Origin: a candidate division FCPU426 bacterium
GTDB taxonomy: Bacteria > Oederibacteriota > Muellerivitia > Muellerivitales > Muellerivitaceae
Assembly (NCBI GenBank): GCA_963719085.1
Contig: CAVRAL010000001.1
Location: 384,001-448,000, forward strand
Direction: 5' to 3'
DNA: 64,000 bases
Numbering within the stretch: position 1 is the stretch's first letter; the number at the start of each line of letters is the position of its first letter. The notes below the pieces were generated by a model, which saw nothing but the letters and a program-made list of their open reading frames with translations, did not search any database and was not told the DNA's origin. Positions 1 to 10,300 of the stretch are shown here, piece after piece. Both the position numbers and the translations under genes were made by a program.

Positions 1-1
1 T

Positions 2-3000
2 TACCCGGATTGGTTGAAATCCGCCCTGTTCAATGAGCTTTATTATTATTTCGCCGGTGGAACCATGTGGGAAGCGGGGGCGGCTTCCGGACAATTAGAT
101 AATCCGAATGAGGACATGTTTTCCAGTTTGGAAAGTTATATCTATCCTTTTTACGGGACCTCGGATGTCCGCTTTTACGCTTCCTGGGCATTGGCTCAAC
201 TGTGGCCCAATGTGGACAAGCAGGAAGTCGAGCAGTTTTGCGATAGCGTGACCACGACCCGATCCGATCGGCCCGCCCCTCTGGGCAGCTGCGCCCATGA
301 TTTTGGCGCTCCGATCAGCGTTTTCCAACAATGGGATTCCTACGGCACCAGCGCGCTGAATTGGAAAGACTTGAATTCAAAACTGGTTTTGATGGTCTAC
401 CGGGATTGGAATTTGACCGGAGCGTCGGATACCACCTTCCTCAATTATTGCTGGCCCGCGATTCAGACGGCCATGAATAAGGTCCACAGTGAATGTGACG
501 CCAGCGGTCTTCCGGTGGACAGCGGTCCGGACCAAACTTATGACACCATTAATTTGACGGGTAATTCCGCCTATTGCGGCGGTCTTTTCCTGGCGGCCTG
601 CGAGGCGGCCCAGCAAATCGCCTTGGCCGAAGGCAACCCGACCCTTGCCGCCACTTACCAGTCCTGGTTCAACGCGGCCCAGCCCAATTTTGAATCCTTA
701 TTATGGAACGGCAGTTATTACAACATTGATACGGGCAGCGGCGCGGGCGTTTCCGGGGTGGGCCGGATTATGGCGGACCAGCTTTGCGGCCAGTGGTACG
801 CCAAGGCCTGCGGCCTGCCGGGAATCGTGTCGGACGCCCATGCCGTCAGCGCCTGGCAAAAAGTGCACGATGCCAATTGGTCGGGATTCGACGGCGGGGC
901 CCATGGGGCGGTCAATATCTTGAACGGCAACGGAACGCAGAATTTTTCCGATAACGAAAGCGAGGAGGTCTGGGCCGGCACTAATTGGGGCATCGTGGCG
1001 GGGATGGTCCAACAGGGAATGACCACTCAGGCCGCCGACATCGGCAGCAGCGTCTACAATACGGTTTGGAATCTGGGCCAATGGTGGTTCCGCACGCCGG
1101 AAGCCTGGCAGGCCGGCTTGACCAATATGCGGGCGCCTTACTATATGCGGGCCAACGCGGTCTGGGCGGTCAAGCGGGCTTATGACTTCCAACTCGCTCC
1201 GCCTTCCTGCGGGAGCATGACCTGCACCCCGACGCCGACCTTTGCCCTGCCGCCGACCCTCACGCCCACCATCACCTTTACGCCGTTGCCTTGTCTAAAC
1301 TTTGGGACGAGCCCCACTTTCACCGCTACGAGTACCCCTACCCCGGGAACCTACATGGGAAATCAATTCTTGGCTACGTCATCGACCATCAAGTCTTTCA
1401 ATAATAACTCCTTGGTCTTTTCCAGCCGATTTACCGCCCAAAGAACGGATTCGGTGGCTTCGGTAAAACTTCTTTTTAGTTCGGCTGTGGGCAATCCATC
1501 ATATGTTCTTTCGATCCAGGGCGATCAAGGCGGTAACCCCAATGGCGTTCCCTATTGCGATATTTCCAACCCGGTTGCGATGAGCGGTTTCGCTGGCTGG
1601 CAGCAATTTAATTTCAGCGTTCCGGTCCAACTTATTTCAGGGAATGTATACCACTTGGTCCTCCAATGGAGCGGTTTGGGGAATTCTTTGGCGACTTCAA
1701 ATATGGTGGGCTTCGTGGCAGGAACCGCCCCCTTAAACCGGTATTATCCTTTCGATTTGGTGCAAGATTCGGCCTTAAATTTCCTGTCCAATACCGGATC
1801 GGGTTGGACCGTGAATGGTCTGCAACCTATTTTTGAGATTAATTATTCCTCGGGCGCTATAGAGGGCAATCCTTACAACGGGCAAACGAGTTACGCAATT
1901 GACAATCTATATGTAAGGGCGGAACAGTTCTCGGTGGGACCCGATCCGATGACGGTTACCAGTGTTGGCGCTTATGTGAATGCCCTCGGCGGACCTCCGG
2001 CTGATGACCTCCATTGGGAATTTCGCACCGCGGGGAATAACACGGTCATTCCAGGGGAATCGGGTATTCTGGCTCAGGCCAGCCAAGTGCCCATGGCGGG
2101 CGGATGGGTGGACAAGTCTATTTCGCCGGTGGTCTTGGCGCCCGGAAATTATATCTTTGCCTTGAGCGCTCCCGCCGCCACCGACAGCCTCGATTACGGT
2201 TGGGGCGAGACGCGTAGTTCCTCAGGCACTTCATCAGAGGAACCGGCTTTAAGCTATGGGGGAGCTAATTGGTTTGGGCTTATCTCCCAGGATGGGGGAA
2301 ATAGCTGGTCTTCCGACCTGAACGGTGATTTTTGTTTCCGGATGGGGCAGAATCAAACACCGACAGTGACCCCCATCGGGACCGCCACGGCCACTCCATC
2401 GTTTTCATGGACTCCGACCTTGACGCCCAGTGGAACCCCCACCGGGACTTCCACCCCTGATCCAACCGATACCTTAACCGCTTCGGCCACGCCGGACCCC
2501 ACCGATACCGCTTCGCAGACGCCAACCCCGGACCCCACGGATACTCCAAGCGACACACCTACCTTCACTGTTTCCGATACCCCGACCGAGACGCCGACTC
2601 CAACGGAGACTGCGACGGAGACTTGGACCGCTTCCGCCACGGCTTCGGCCACGCCGGACCCCACCGATACCGCTTCGCAGACGCCAACCCCGGACCCCAC
2701 GGATACTCCAAGCGACACACCTACCTTCACTGTTTCCGATACCCCGACCGAGACGCCGACTCCAACGGAGACTGCGACGGAGACTTGGACCGCTTCCGCT
2801 ACGGCTTCGGCCACGCCGGACCCCACCGATACCGCTTCACAGACGCCAACCCCGGACCCCACGGATACTCCAAGCGACACACCTACCTTCACTGTTTCCG
2901 ATACCCCGACCGAGACGCCGACTCCAACGGAGACCGCGACGGAGACTTGGACCGCTTCCGCAACCGCCTCAGCGACGCCGGATCCCACGGATACATTAAC

Positions 3001-3814
3001 CGCGACCCCGAGCGCAACGCCCACCGCGACCTTCACCGCCTCGGTTACCCCGACAGCGTCATCGACCGCGTCCTTCACTCAAACCGCGACGCCGACTCCC
3101 ACAGCCACGCTTACACCCACAAAAACACCGACCAGCTCACCCACGAATACCGTGACTTTGACCCCGACCCCGACAATGACCGCTACCAAAACCTCCACGC
3201 CTACCCCCAATTTTACCCCGACGAAAACCCGGACTGCCTCCATTACCCCTACGGCAACGGTGACGGCAACGCCGACCAAAACCCCCGCGGCCCCGACGGC
3301 GACCCTCACCAAGACGCCGACGATTACCCGAACCTTCACGCCGACAATCACGAAAACTCCCACCAAAACCCCGACAAAAACGCCCACCAAGACGCCGACG
3401 CCCAAGGCCGGGAAGGCCTTTTCAAGCCAAGCGGTTATTTTGGATCCGGAGCAGACACTGACCCCCGCGCCTTTCGAAACCAGGCCGCCGGATGCGACCC
3501 CCACGCCTACTCCGGTTTTATCTCCCGGCCCGTTGGTTTCGGTTTGGCCGAATATTTCCCGCAATGGCCAGGCTTTGCATTGGCGGTTATGGCTGACGGC
3601 GCCTGCTCTCATCGACATAAAAATTTTCGACGTGACCGGGGAATTGGTTTATCAAATGAAACTGCCGGGTTCGGCTGGGATCAATGACATTCCCTGGGAG
3701 CTTCAAAATTTATCCGGCAGACCCGTGGCTTCCGGTTTGTACATTTATTGGGCGCAGATAAGCTCCGGAACCGTCGCAGGGCATCAATCGGGGCATGTGG
3801 TCGTTCTGAATTAA
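2..3814 (+). CDS. GH116 (GBA2-like beta-glucosidase/glucosylceramidase) catalytic domain + two beta-sandwich modules + Thr/Pro-rich stalk + T9SS-CTD/FlgD-like C-terminal domain; 5'-truncated
   Basis: Frame is open from base 2 ([15 protein letters not shown]). GH116-type motifs: [61 protein letters not shown]. Long TPT tract, ending WPN...[11 protein letters not shown]...[15 protein letters not shown]. Confidence 0.85.
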   Translation, partial: YPDWLKSALFNELYYYFAGGTMWEAGAASGQLDNPNEDMFSSLESYIYPFYGTSDVRFYASWALAQLWPNVDKQEVEQFCDSVTTTRSDRPAPLGSCAHDFGAPISVFQQWDSYGTSALNWKDLNSKLVLMVYRDWNLTGASDTTFLNYCWPAIQTAMNKVHSECDASGLPVDSGPDQTYDTINLTGNSAYCGGLFLAACEAAQQIALAEGNPTLAATYQSWFNAAQPNFESLLWNGSYYNIDTGSGAGVSGVGRIMADQLCGQWYAKACGLPGIVSDAHAVSAWQKVHDANWSGFDGGAHGAVNILNGNGTQNFSDNESEEVWAGTNWGIVAGMVQQGMTTQAADIGSSVYNTVWNLGQWWFRTPEAWQAGLTNMRAPYYMRANAVWAVKRAYDFQLAPPSCGSMTCTPTPTFALPPTLTPTITFTPLPCLNFGTSPTFTATSTPTPGTYMGNQFLATSSTIKSFNNNSLVFSSRFTAQRTDSVASVKLLFSSAVGNPSYVLSIQGDQGGNPNGVPYCDISNPVAMSGFAGWQQFNFSVPVQLISGNVYHLVLQWSGLGNSLATSNMVGFVAGTAPLNRYYPFDLVQDSALNFLSNTGSGWTVNGLQPIFEINYSSGAIEGNPYNGQTSYAIDNLYVRAEQFSVGPDPMTVTSVGAYVNALGGPPADDLHWEFRTAGNNTVIPGESGILAQASQVPMAGGWVDKSISPVVLAPGNYIFALSAPAATDSLDYGWGETRSSSGTSSEEPALSYGGANWFGLISQDGGNSWSSDLNGDFCFRMGQNQTPTVTPIGTATATPSFSWTPTLTPSGTPTGTSTPDPTDTLTASATPDPTDTASQTPTPDPTDTPSDTPTFTVSDTPTETPTPTETATETWTASATASATPDPTDTASQTPTPDPTDTPSDTPTFTVSDTPTETPTPTETATETWTASATASATPDPTDTASQTPTPDPTDTPSDTPTFTVSDTPTETPTPTETATETWTASATASATPDPTDTLTATPSATPTATFTASVTPTASSTASFTQTATPTPTATLTPTKTPTSSPTNTVTLTPTPTMTATKTSTPTPNFTPTKTRTASITPTATVTATPTKTPAAPTATLTKTPTITRTFTPTITKTPTKTPTKTPTKTPTPKAGKAFSSQAVILDPEQTLTPAPFETRPPDATPTPTPVLSPGPLVSVWPNISRNGQALHWRLWLTAPALIDIKIFDVTGELVYQMKLPGSAGINDIPWELQNLSGRPVASGLYIYWAQISSGTVAGHQSGHVVVLN
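2481..2966 (+). repeat. Three near-identical tandem 162-bp (54-aa) repeats inside the Thr/Pro-rich linker
   Basis: Unit CTTCGGCCACGCCGGACCCCACCGATACC... starts at 2481, 2643 and 2805. Protein unit [54 protein letters not shown]. Confidence 0.97.
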
Positions 3815-3963
3815 GAGGGGGTTAAATTTCTTCCCCTGGAATATGCCCCTCCTGCATCAAGACTATGAAAAGGCTTGAAATTCAGTTAAAGTCGCTCCCG
3901 AAATACCACAATCTGACCTAACCGCTCCAATGGCGGCCTGAATTTATTGGGAACGGCAATGGC

Positions 3964-6075
3964 ATGGGCTTCAAAAAATATTTTTTCAATGACGCTCCTT
4001 GGGTTTGTTTTTTTATTTTTCTCGTTTCCAACCTCCTTCTTTCAAATTCAGGGGTGCCCCTTTCCATTAAATTAGTCGTATTCATTTTTGGAATCCTCGC
4101 GCCGCTGGTTTTTCTCGCTCGGCGGCCCATGGAGCCGAACTCATGGGCCGGCCGGGATTTTTTGCCCTCCGCCTCGACCGGAGTTTGGTTTCTTTTGGGT
4201 TTGGCCGCTGTTTTTATCCGTTTTTATCATTTGGAAACCCTTTTTTCCTGGCCCAATACGGATGAGGGGTTGTACGGGGTCTTGGCGATCGATCAGGATC
4301 AAAAATGGTCTTGGCGTTTTTTTTATACCTTCGGCCAAAATCCACCCCTCCTCGTTTGGGTTCTCAGCTTCTTTTTCAGGATATTCAAATCCCCCTTCTT
4401 GGCCCTGTGGCTTTTACCGGCTTTGGCTTCCACGCTCACCATCGGTTTTTTTTATCTCGCCCTTCGCGCCTATTTCTCAAAATCCATTGGCTTCATCGGG
4501 TTTTGCCTGATGGCTTTCAGCCTCTGGCCCTTTTACTTTGGCCGTTGGTGCCACGCGGGCGCGCTGATTCCGCCCTGGGAATGTATTTGCCTTTGGTTGT
4601 TGGCGATTTTTTTAAAGGAGGCGGATTTTTCCCGTAAGAAAAAATGGGCCGGGTTATTGGGGTTTGCCGTCGGATTGGGCTCCCTGACTTTTACTCCCTG
4701 GCCCTTCGCGGCCTTGGCGTTAATAGCCGCTTTCGGGGCGTCCGTGCTCAACGACGCCCGGAAAAATAGAGTTTTGATCTTTTATTTTGGAATTCCTTTT
4801 TTCGCCGCCTTGATTCCTTTCTTCATCGGGGTTTGGCGGGAGGGATACGGCGAGCATATCGAGGCTATGGCGGCTTGGAGCGGGTGGTTTGCCTTGACGC
4901 GGCAGGGTTTGACCATCGTTTCTTACGGGGCATCGCTTTTTTGGGGGACCTTGGAAGGGGACTCCATTTATACCGCGGATTCCGGCGGGATGTTAAACCC
5001 TGTTTGGGGGGCGGCTTTCTTCCTGGGAGCCGCCCAGCTTTACCGCGAAAGGGCCAAAGTCTGGGCCCGGTGGACGGCCCTGTCCTTTTTCATTTGCCTG
5101 CTTCCTGGATTTTTTTCAATGAACGTGGAAATGTTCCGGGTGATCCAGGTTCTTCCTTTTCTCTTGGGAATCACCGCCCTGGGTTTGGCGGTCCTTTTGG
5201 CCCGAATCCCAATACCCTGGCGCGGCGCGGCTTTTTTTATTTTGGCGGCTCTGAGCGCGGGAATGGATGGGACCACGGTTCTCCGGGCCCATGGCCTAAA
5301 CCCGGATTCGGCCGCGGCGGCGCGAAGCGGCCTGCCCCTGGGCGAAATAAGAGCCTATAAAATACTGAAAGACACCAGCGTCCATTTTGGAAACGGATTG
5401 ATTTTCACTGAATTTTCGCAAAGCGCTTTCGACCAAACGCCCTTTGTCACCAGCTACGGTTTCAACTGCGCCGAGAATCCGAAACTGGATCCCGCGAAGG
5501 CCCAATGGGCGGCGGTTTTAACCACGGTGGACTATCGGGATTTTTTGAGCCCTCGATTTACCGGCGCCCGCTGGTTTTGGCTGGACCCGGACGTCCCTTC
5601 GGGGAAGACCCTGTTGGGGCTCATTCCGGTCAACCCCGACAACCGCGCTCTTTTAACCCGGTGGACCCAGGCCCATCATTATTTCCGGGAACTCAGCCGG
5701 GGGATTTTCAATATCCAAGGGGACGCGACTTGTTTGGCGGCGGAAAATCTAATTGAACAACCGCCTTCCATCCTTCAAGGGGACCGGTTTTTAGAATCCT
5801 GTTATTGGCGGAGGCGGGCGCAGTTTTATTACGACCACAATTACGCGGTCCACTATCAGGACCAATTGGACGCGCTCAAACAGGCTGTCGCCGAGGGTTA
5901 TCCCACTTCCGATTTGGATTATCAACTCGGAAGTCTTTTGCTTCGAAAAAAGGAATGGCGGGATTCACGGGCGGCTTTTGAAGCGGCCTTGCGTTTGAAC
6001 CCGGGCGACCCGGACGTGAAGTCGGCCTTGAATTTATTAACGTTCAGGGAAAAAGAAGTCGGGGACAAAAAATAG
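3964..6075 (+). CDS. GT-C fold membrane glycosyltransferase (ArnT/PMT, GT39/GT83-like) with C-terminal TPR
   Basis: Many TM helices, RFYHL...WPNTDEGLY acidic DE motif in the first loop, QNPPL motif, C-terminal TPR-like YQLGSLLLRKKEWRDSRAAFEAALRLNP. Confidence 0.75.
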   Translation: MGFKKYFFNDAPWVCFFIFLVSNLLLSNSGVPLSIKLVVFIFGILAPLVFLARRPMEPNSWAGRDFLPSASTGVWFLLGLAAVFIRFYHLETLFSWPNTDEGLYGVLAIDQDQKWSWRFFYTFGQNPPLLVWVLSFFFRIFKSPFLALWLLPALASTLTIGFFYLALRAYFSKSIGFIGFCLMAFSLWPFYFGRWCHAGALIPPWECICLWLLAIFLKEADFSRKKKWAGLLGFAVGLGSLTFTPWPFAALALIAAFGASVLNDARKNRVLIFYFGIPFFAALIPFFIGVWREGYGEHIEAMAAWSGWFALTRQGLTIVSYGASLFWGTLEGDSIYTADSGGMLNPVWGAAFFLGAAQLYRERAKVWARWTALSFFICLLPGFFSMNVEMFRVIQVLPFLLGITALGLAVLLARIPIPWRGAAFFILAALSAGMDGTTVLRAHGLNPDSAAAARSGLPLGEIRAYKILKDTSVHFGNGLIFTEFSQSAFDQTPFVTSYGFNCAENPKLDPAKAQWAAVLTTVDYRDFLSPRFTGARWFWLDPDVPSGKTLLGLIPVNPDNRALLTRWTQAHHYFRELSRGIFNIQGDATCLAAENLIEQPPSILQGDRFLESCYWRRRAQFYYDHNYAVHYQDQLDALKQAVAEGYPTSDLDYQLGSLLLRKKEWRDSRAAFEAALRLNPGDPDVKSALNLLTFREKEVGDKK

Positions 6076-6170
6076 TTTAAGTTTCGTTTTCCCTCGCCGC
6101 CGGCAAACCCTGCCCGGGCCGTGAAAAATGCGGAAAATCCGGGGAATCAGCTCGGAGAATGCCGCGGCCT

Positions 6171-7328
6171 TTATAAAGCCAATTCCGGGAAATAAAACCT
6201 CAAAATCTTCCGCCAATCCCAGCCTTTTTTGGCCAGCGCGAGGGCGCCGTCCTGGCAAAGGCCCACGCCGTGGCCTTGGCCCCGCCCCTCAAAATAATAA
6301 GTGTCCCCGGATCGCTTCCAAGTAAACCAAGCGCTGGGAAAAACCCGCCAGCCATTGTCCTTGCCGAATTGGGAAATGAACTTTTGCGCGTTAATCCGCC
6401 TGTCCCGGGGGGGAGCGTCCGCGGCCGTGAAAATCGCCTCGAAGGTTTTATCGCGGCCGCCGGGGGTTTTTTCCAAGACCCGCCAGGATAATAACTTCGT
6501 TCCCGGAGGCAAGCCGGCCGTTTCGACCAGGGCTTTTTCCACCTGGGGCGCGGGCGCGGAAGTTTTCCAACGATAAGACGCCCCGCCTTGGCACAGCGTC
6601 TCGCCGTTGAGCTCATCCCGGGTCCGGGCAATGGGCTCGGACGCGCCGCCCCAAATGTCCCCGGCTGAATCCAGCGTCCCGCCGCAGTTTCGATGGAAAT
6701 AATAATTGGGATGGGTTCCGGCGGCGGGAGCGGGAACCCCGGAGACCGTTTGGGCCACGTCGCGCCAATAGTCCATTCGTTGGGGTAGCCCCTCATATAA
6801 GAGGCAGTGGGCCAGGTCGCAGTAGTCATAACGTAAATGCCGCATGCGGTGGGTGAGGGCGTAGAGGCGCACCAACGCGGCGAGGGATTTGTCGTACTCG
6901 GGCCAGAGGCCATGGGGGTCGTCCGACTCCGCCGCGGACACGCAGGCCACGTAATCGTCCAGGCTGGGGTGGTTGAGGATTTGAAGTTCGGGTCCCGAAG
7001 CCTCGTTAAACAAGCGAATGGACAGGGTCCCGGGATAAACGCGGGTCATTTGGTTTACTTTAATTTTACAAAAACCGCCGACCCGGCCCCAAAGAGCCCC
7101 GGAACGGGCTTTGCCGTTGACCCACAAAAATCCACGTGATAATTTTACTTCGTCCCAAGGGCCCTGGCCCGAGGGGGTTTGAATCAAGATCGAGGCGGGG
7201 TTCAGTTTTTCCAGTATTCGGACCGAAAGGTCCGCGTCTTGCGCCGAGGCCTTGAGCGCCCAAGCGAAGACCGTGAGGAATCCTAAAAGCAGTTTCTTAT
7301 TTTTAACTGTCAGTCTATTTAACCGCAT
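6171..7328 (-). CDS. SpoIID/LytB-domain lytic transglycosylase-like protein, exported
   Basis: Signal peptide from the ATG at 7328. Motifs LDDYVACVSAAE, YDYCDLAHCLLYEG, YFHRNCGG and GRGQGHGVGLCQDGA...WRKILRFYFP. Confidence 0.88.
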   Translation of the reverse strand: MRLNRLTVKNKKLLLGFLTVFAWALKASAQDADLSVRILEKLNPASILIQTPSGQGPWDEVKLSRGFLWVNGKARSGALWGRVGGFCKIKVNQMTRVYPGTLSIRLFNEASGPELQILNHPSLDDYVACVSAAESDDPHGLWPEYDKSLAALVRLYALTHRMRHLRYDYCDLAHCLLYEGLPQRMDYWRDVAQTVSGVPAPAAGTHPNYYFHRNCGGTLDSAGDIWGGASEPIARTRDELNGETLCQGGASYRWKTSAPAPQVEKALVETAGLPPGTKLLSWRVLEKTPGGRDKTFEAIFTAADAPPRDRRINAQKFISQFGKDNGWRVFPSAWFTWKRSGDTYYFEGRGQGHGVGLCQDGALALAKKGWDWRKILRFYFPELAL

Positions 7329-7356
7329 CCACGATATCTTACAGGAGATTTCCCCT

Positions 7357-10300
7357 ATGAAAAAGATTCTCGCTATCTGGGCCGCCATCGCCCTTCCGTT
7401 GGGCCTTGTTTTTCTCGCGGTGCGCTGGGCCAACCATCCCAACCTCGCGGCTTTTTTCCTTCATCCGGGCTTGTCTTTCTTTTTGGTTTTTGTTTTCGCG
7501 CTTTACTTGATCCGCCGATTTTTGCTGGTGAAGCCCGGTTTGTATGTCCGGGGGTTTGGAATTTGGCTGGCGGTGCGTTATTTCACCCAGTGTTTTTCCA
7601 CGAACAACGTTCCCAGCCAAAATGACCTGGCTTTAGCCGCTTGGTCTTTTTACGCCGCCCTGGCGGGCGCCTCGCTTTTTTTCCTGGGAATGGAAGAGTT
7701 CGAGGGCCTGGCGTTGAAAGTTTTGAAACGTAAAAAACTTCCGGCCTTTCTGGGCGCGGTCCTACTGGGCCTCTTGGCGGCCTTGGTGTTTGGGGGCGCC
7801 AACGCCTCGGGCTATGGTTTGTCTTCCCGGATCTTGTTTCTTTTAGCCGGCGGTTTTTGCGTCCTGGGCGCTTTGATCCGCGCCTATATTCTCAAGGCGG
7901 ACCCGGAGTACCTCACCGGGTTTGTTTGGCTTTACCTGGCCCTGAAACTGAATACTTTATATTCGCCTGGTTTTGTTCCCTCGATTCATTTCCCCATGAA
8001 CTGGCTTTTTAACGCGCATATCTTTTTTTCATTTTTGGTCTATGTCTTTTGGGAAAAACTCCTGCAGCCCAAGTCCAAGGCCCGGATTTTTATCGGCGCT
8101 TTCGCCGTCGCCGGTTTTCTTTTCACCTTTTTCCTGCAATCCACCCTTTGGACCTGCCAAATCCTGATCGTGGCGGGCTTGCTGATGTGGAATCTGGGCT
8201 GGGATAAAAAAACCGCCCAGCTTCCTTGGGTGGTGAAAGCGCGGGCCTGGGCTCAAAAGATTTTGGCCAACCCGAAATTGAAAATGCTGGTCGACAAGTC
8301 CGGGAAAAAGGCCGCTTCGTTGGGGGGCCTTTTAGCCGCCTGGTCGAAAAAGCCGGTGGTGAAATGGTCGGCCGCGGGTTTGGCCGGGTTGGTGGTTTTG
8401 GCCTTGCTGGGCAATCTGGTTTATCAAATGTTGTCGACTTACGTGATCAGCTTTACCCCCGCGGGCACGTTGACTTCTGCCAGCACCGTGATCCGGGTGA
8501 AATTTTCCAATGACATTACCGTGGCGGGAACCCTGGACTCGGCTTTCCAAATAACGCCGCCGCTTCCCGGGACCACCCGTTTGGAAGACTCCAAAACCTT
8601 GGTTTACACCCCCGGGGCGCCTCTTTTACCGGCCACCACTTATCGGGTGAGGCTGGATACTTCCGAACTGCGGGCTAAATCCTTATTTCTCCAGGGAAGC
8701 GCTAAGACGGTTTTCGCCACCGAGCCCTTTCAAGTGGTCAGCAACCGGCTTTTCTATACCTACGATCTGGTCAAGGGAACCGAGAAGGAATTGGTGGGGG
8801 AATTGGAGTTTAATTACCCGGTGGAGCTCCAGCGCCTGAATCAGGCCTTGAGCGTGACCCGGGGGAACCAATCGCTGGCTTTTTCCTTGGAACCCGGAAC
8901 CCTTCCTACGCGGTTTTTCTTTAAGGCCGGGGGGCTGACCCGTGATTTTGATCCCCAGGTCCTGACGGTCAAGATCAGCGGGGACCTTTCTTGCGTGGAT
9001 TGCGGAAACTCCCTTGCCAAACCTTTCCAGACCACCCTGGTGCTGCCCGCCCGGCCCAAGATGCGGGTCAACCAGGTTCAACTCCATCATGAGCCGGGCA
9101 ACACCCTGATCTCGATTCTTTTCACCCTGCCGGCTTCGGCCGCCGAAGTGAAGAACAACGTCACGATTACGCCCGCCGTGCCTTTCACGGTCCAGACCGA
9201 GTATTGCTACGCGGTCCTTCGGGCCGACTTCCAACCCAACGTGAGCTATCAAGTCAAAATCAGCAAGGGGCTCCGCGCCCAGTCGGGCGAGATTTTGGAC
9301 AATGATTATTCCCAGGCCCTTCAACTGCAAGACGTCCAGCCTTATGTGCGTTTCGCCGACCCGGGCCGTTTGATCCCGCTGGCGGGCGGCAAGCGGGTCG
9401 CGGTGAAGACGATGAATTTGGACGCCTATTCGGTGCGGGTGGTAAAGGTATTCCGGAACAACCTGGTGGATTTCCTGAAACGGGTCCATACCTACAGCAA
9501 TGAGGACTATAACGGCGGCGAGTCTTATTCCTACGTGGAAGGCGATACCGACAGCATCGGCTCCCAGGTTTGGAGCGGCAATGTGACGGTGGAAGGCGGA
9601 CAAATTAATCAGGAAGTGGAAACCGACCTGGATTTTTCCAAATGGCAGTCCGCGCCCTATAAAGGGCTTTTCGCGGTTTATTTGAACGGCTCCGACGGCG
9701 GGGGACAAGACGCCCGTTGGTTCGCGGCCACGGACTTGGGGCTTTTGACCAAACGCTCCGGAAACGATTTGTGGGTGCAGGCGATTTCCATCTCCACCCT
9801 GGCTCCCGCGGCGGGCGCCCATCTGCAGTTGTTGTCCGACAATAACCAGGTGATCGCCGAGGCGGATACGGATTTGGACGGCCGGGCTTGGTTCAAGGAC
9901 ATCAACAATAATCCTTATAAGTTCACCCCCTTTGTGGTGGTGGCCAGTTTGGGCGACGATTGGTCTTTCTTGTCGCTCAATGACTCGCCTTTGGATCAAT
10001 CCCGTTTTGACATCGGCGGCGACCCTTTCAGCACCGAAGGCTGGGATTCTTTCGTGACGTCGGACCGGGGTTTGTACCGTCCCGGCGACACGGCCCATTT
10101 CACCGCCATCGTGCGGCACGCGGACCTGAAAACGCCCGAAGCCTTGCCGGTCAATTTGGTGGTGACGGACGCGGCCGGGAATCCGGTTTCCAAATTGGTT
10201 TCCAAACTGCAAAAAGGCGGACTGACGACTTTTGACCTGCCCGTTCCCCTGGATCTCTCGACGGGGACGCTGAACGCCGCGCTCCAGCTTGAGAACGGCG

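Noticed and set aside
2481..2966. Possible CRISPR array
   Set aside because: Contiguous 162-bp in-frame coding repeats without unique spacers; no cas genes.
2353..3687. Val/Gly-rich antisense ORFs and a 354-aa alternative-frame ORF
   Set aside because: By-products of the Thr/Pro codon repeats.
7252..7442. Apparent overlap of the SpoIID and macroglobulin ORFs in the ORF track
   Set aside because: Caused by over-extended starts; RBS and signal-peptide evidence favour 7328 (minus) and 7357 (plus).
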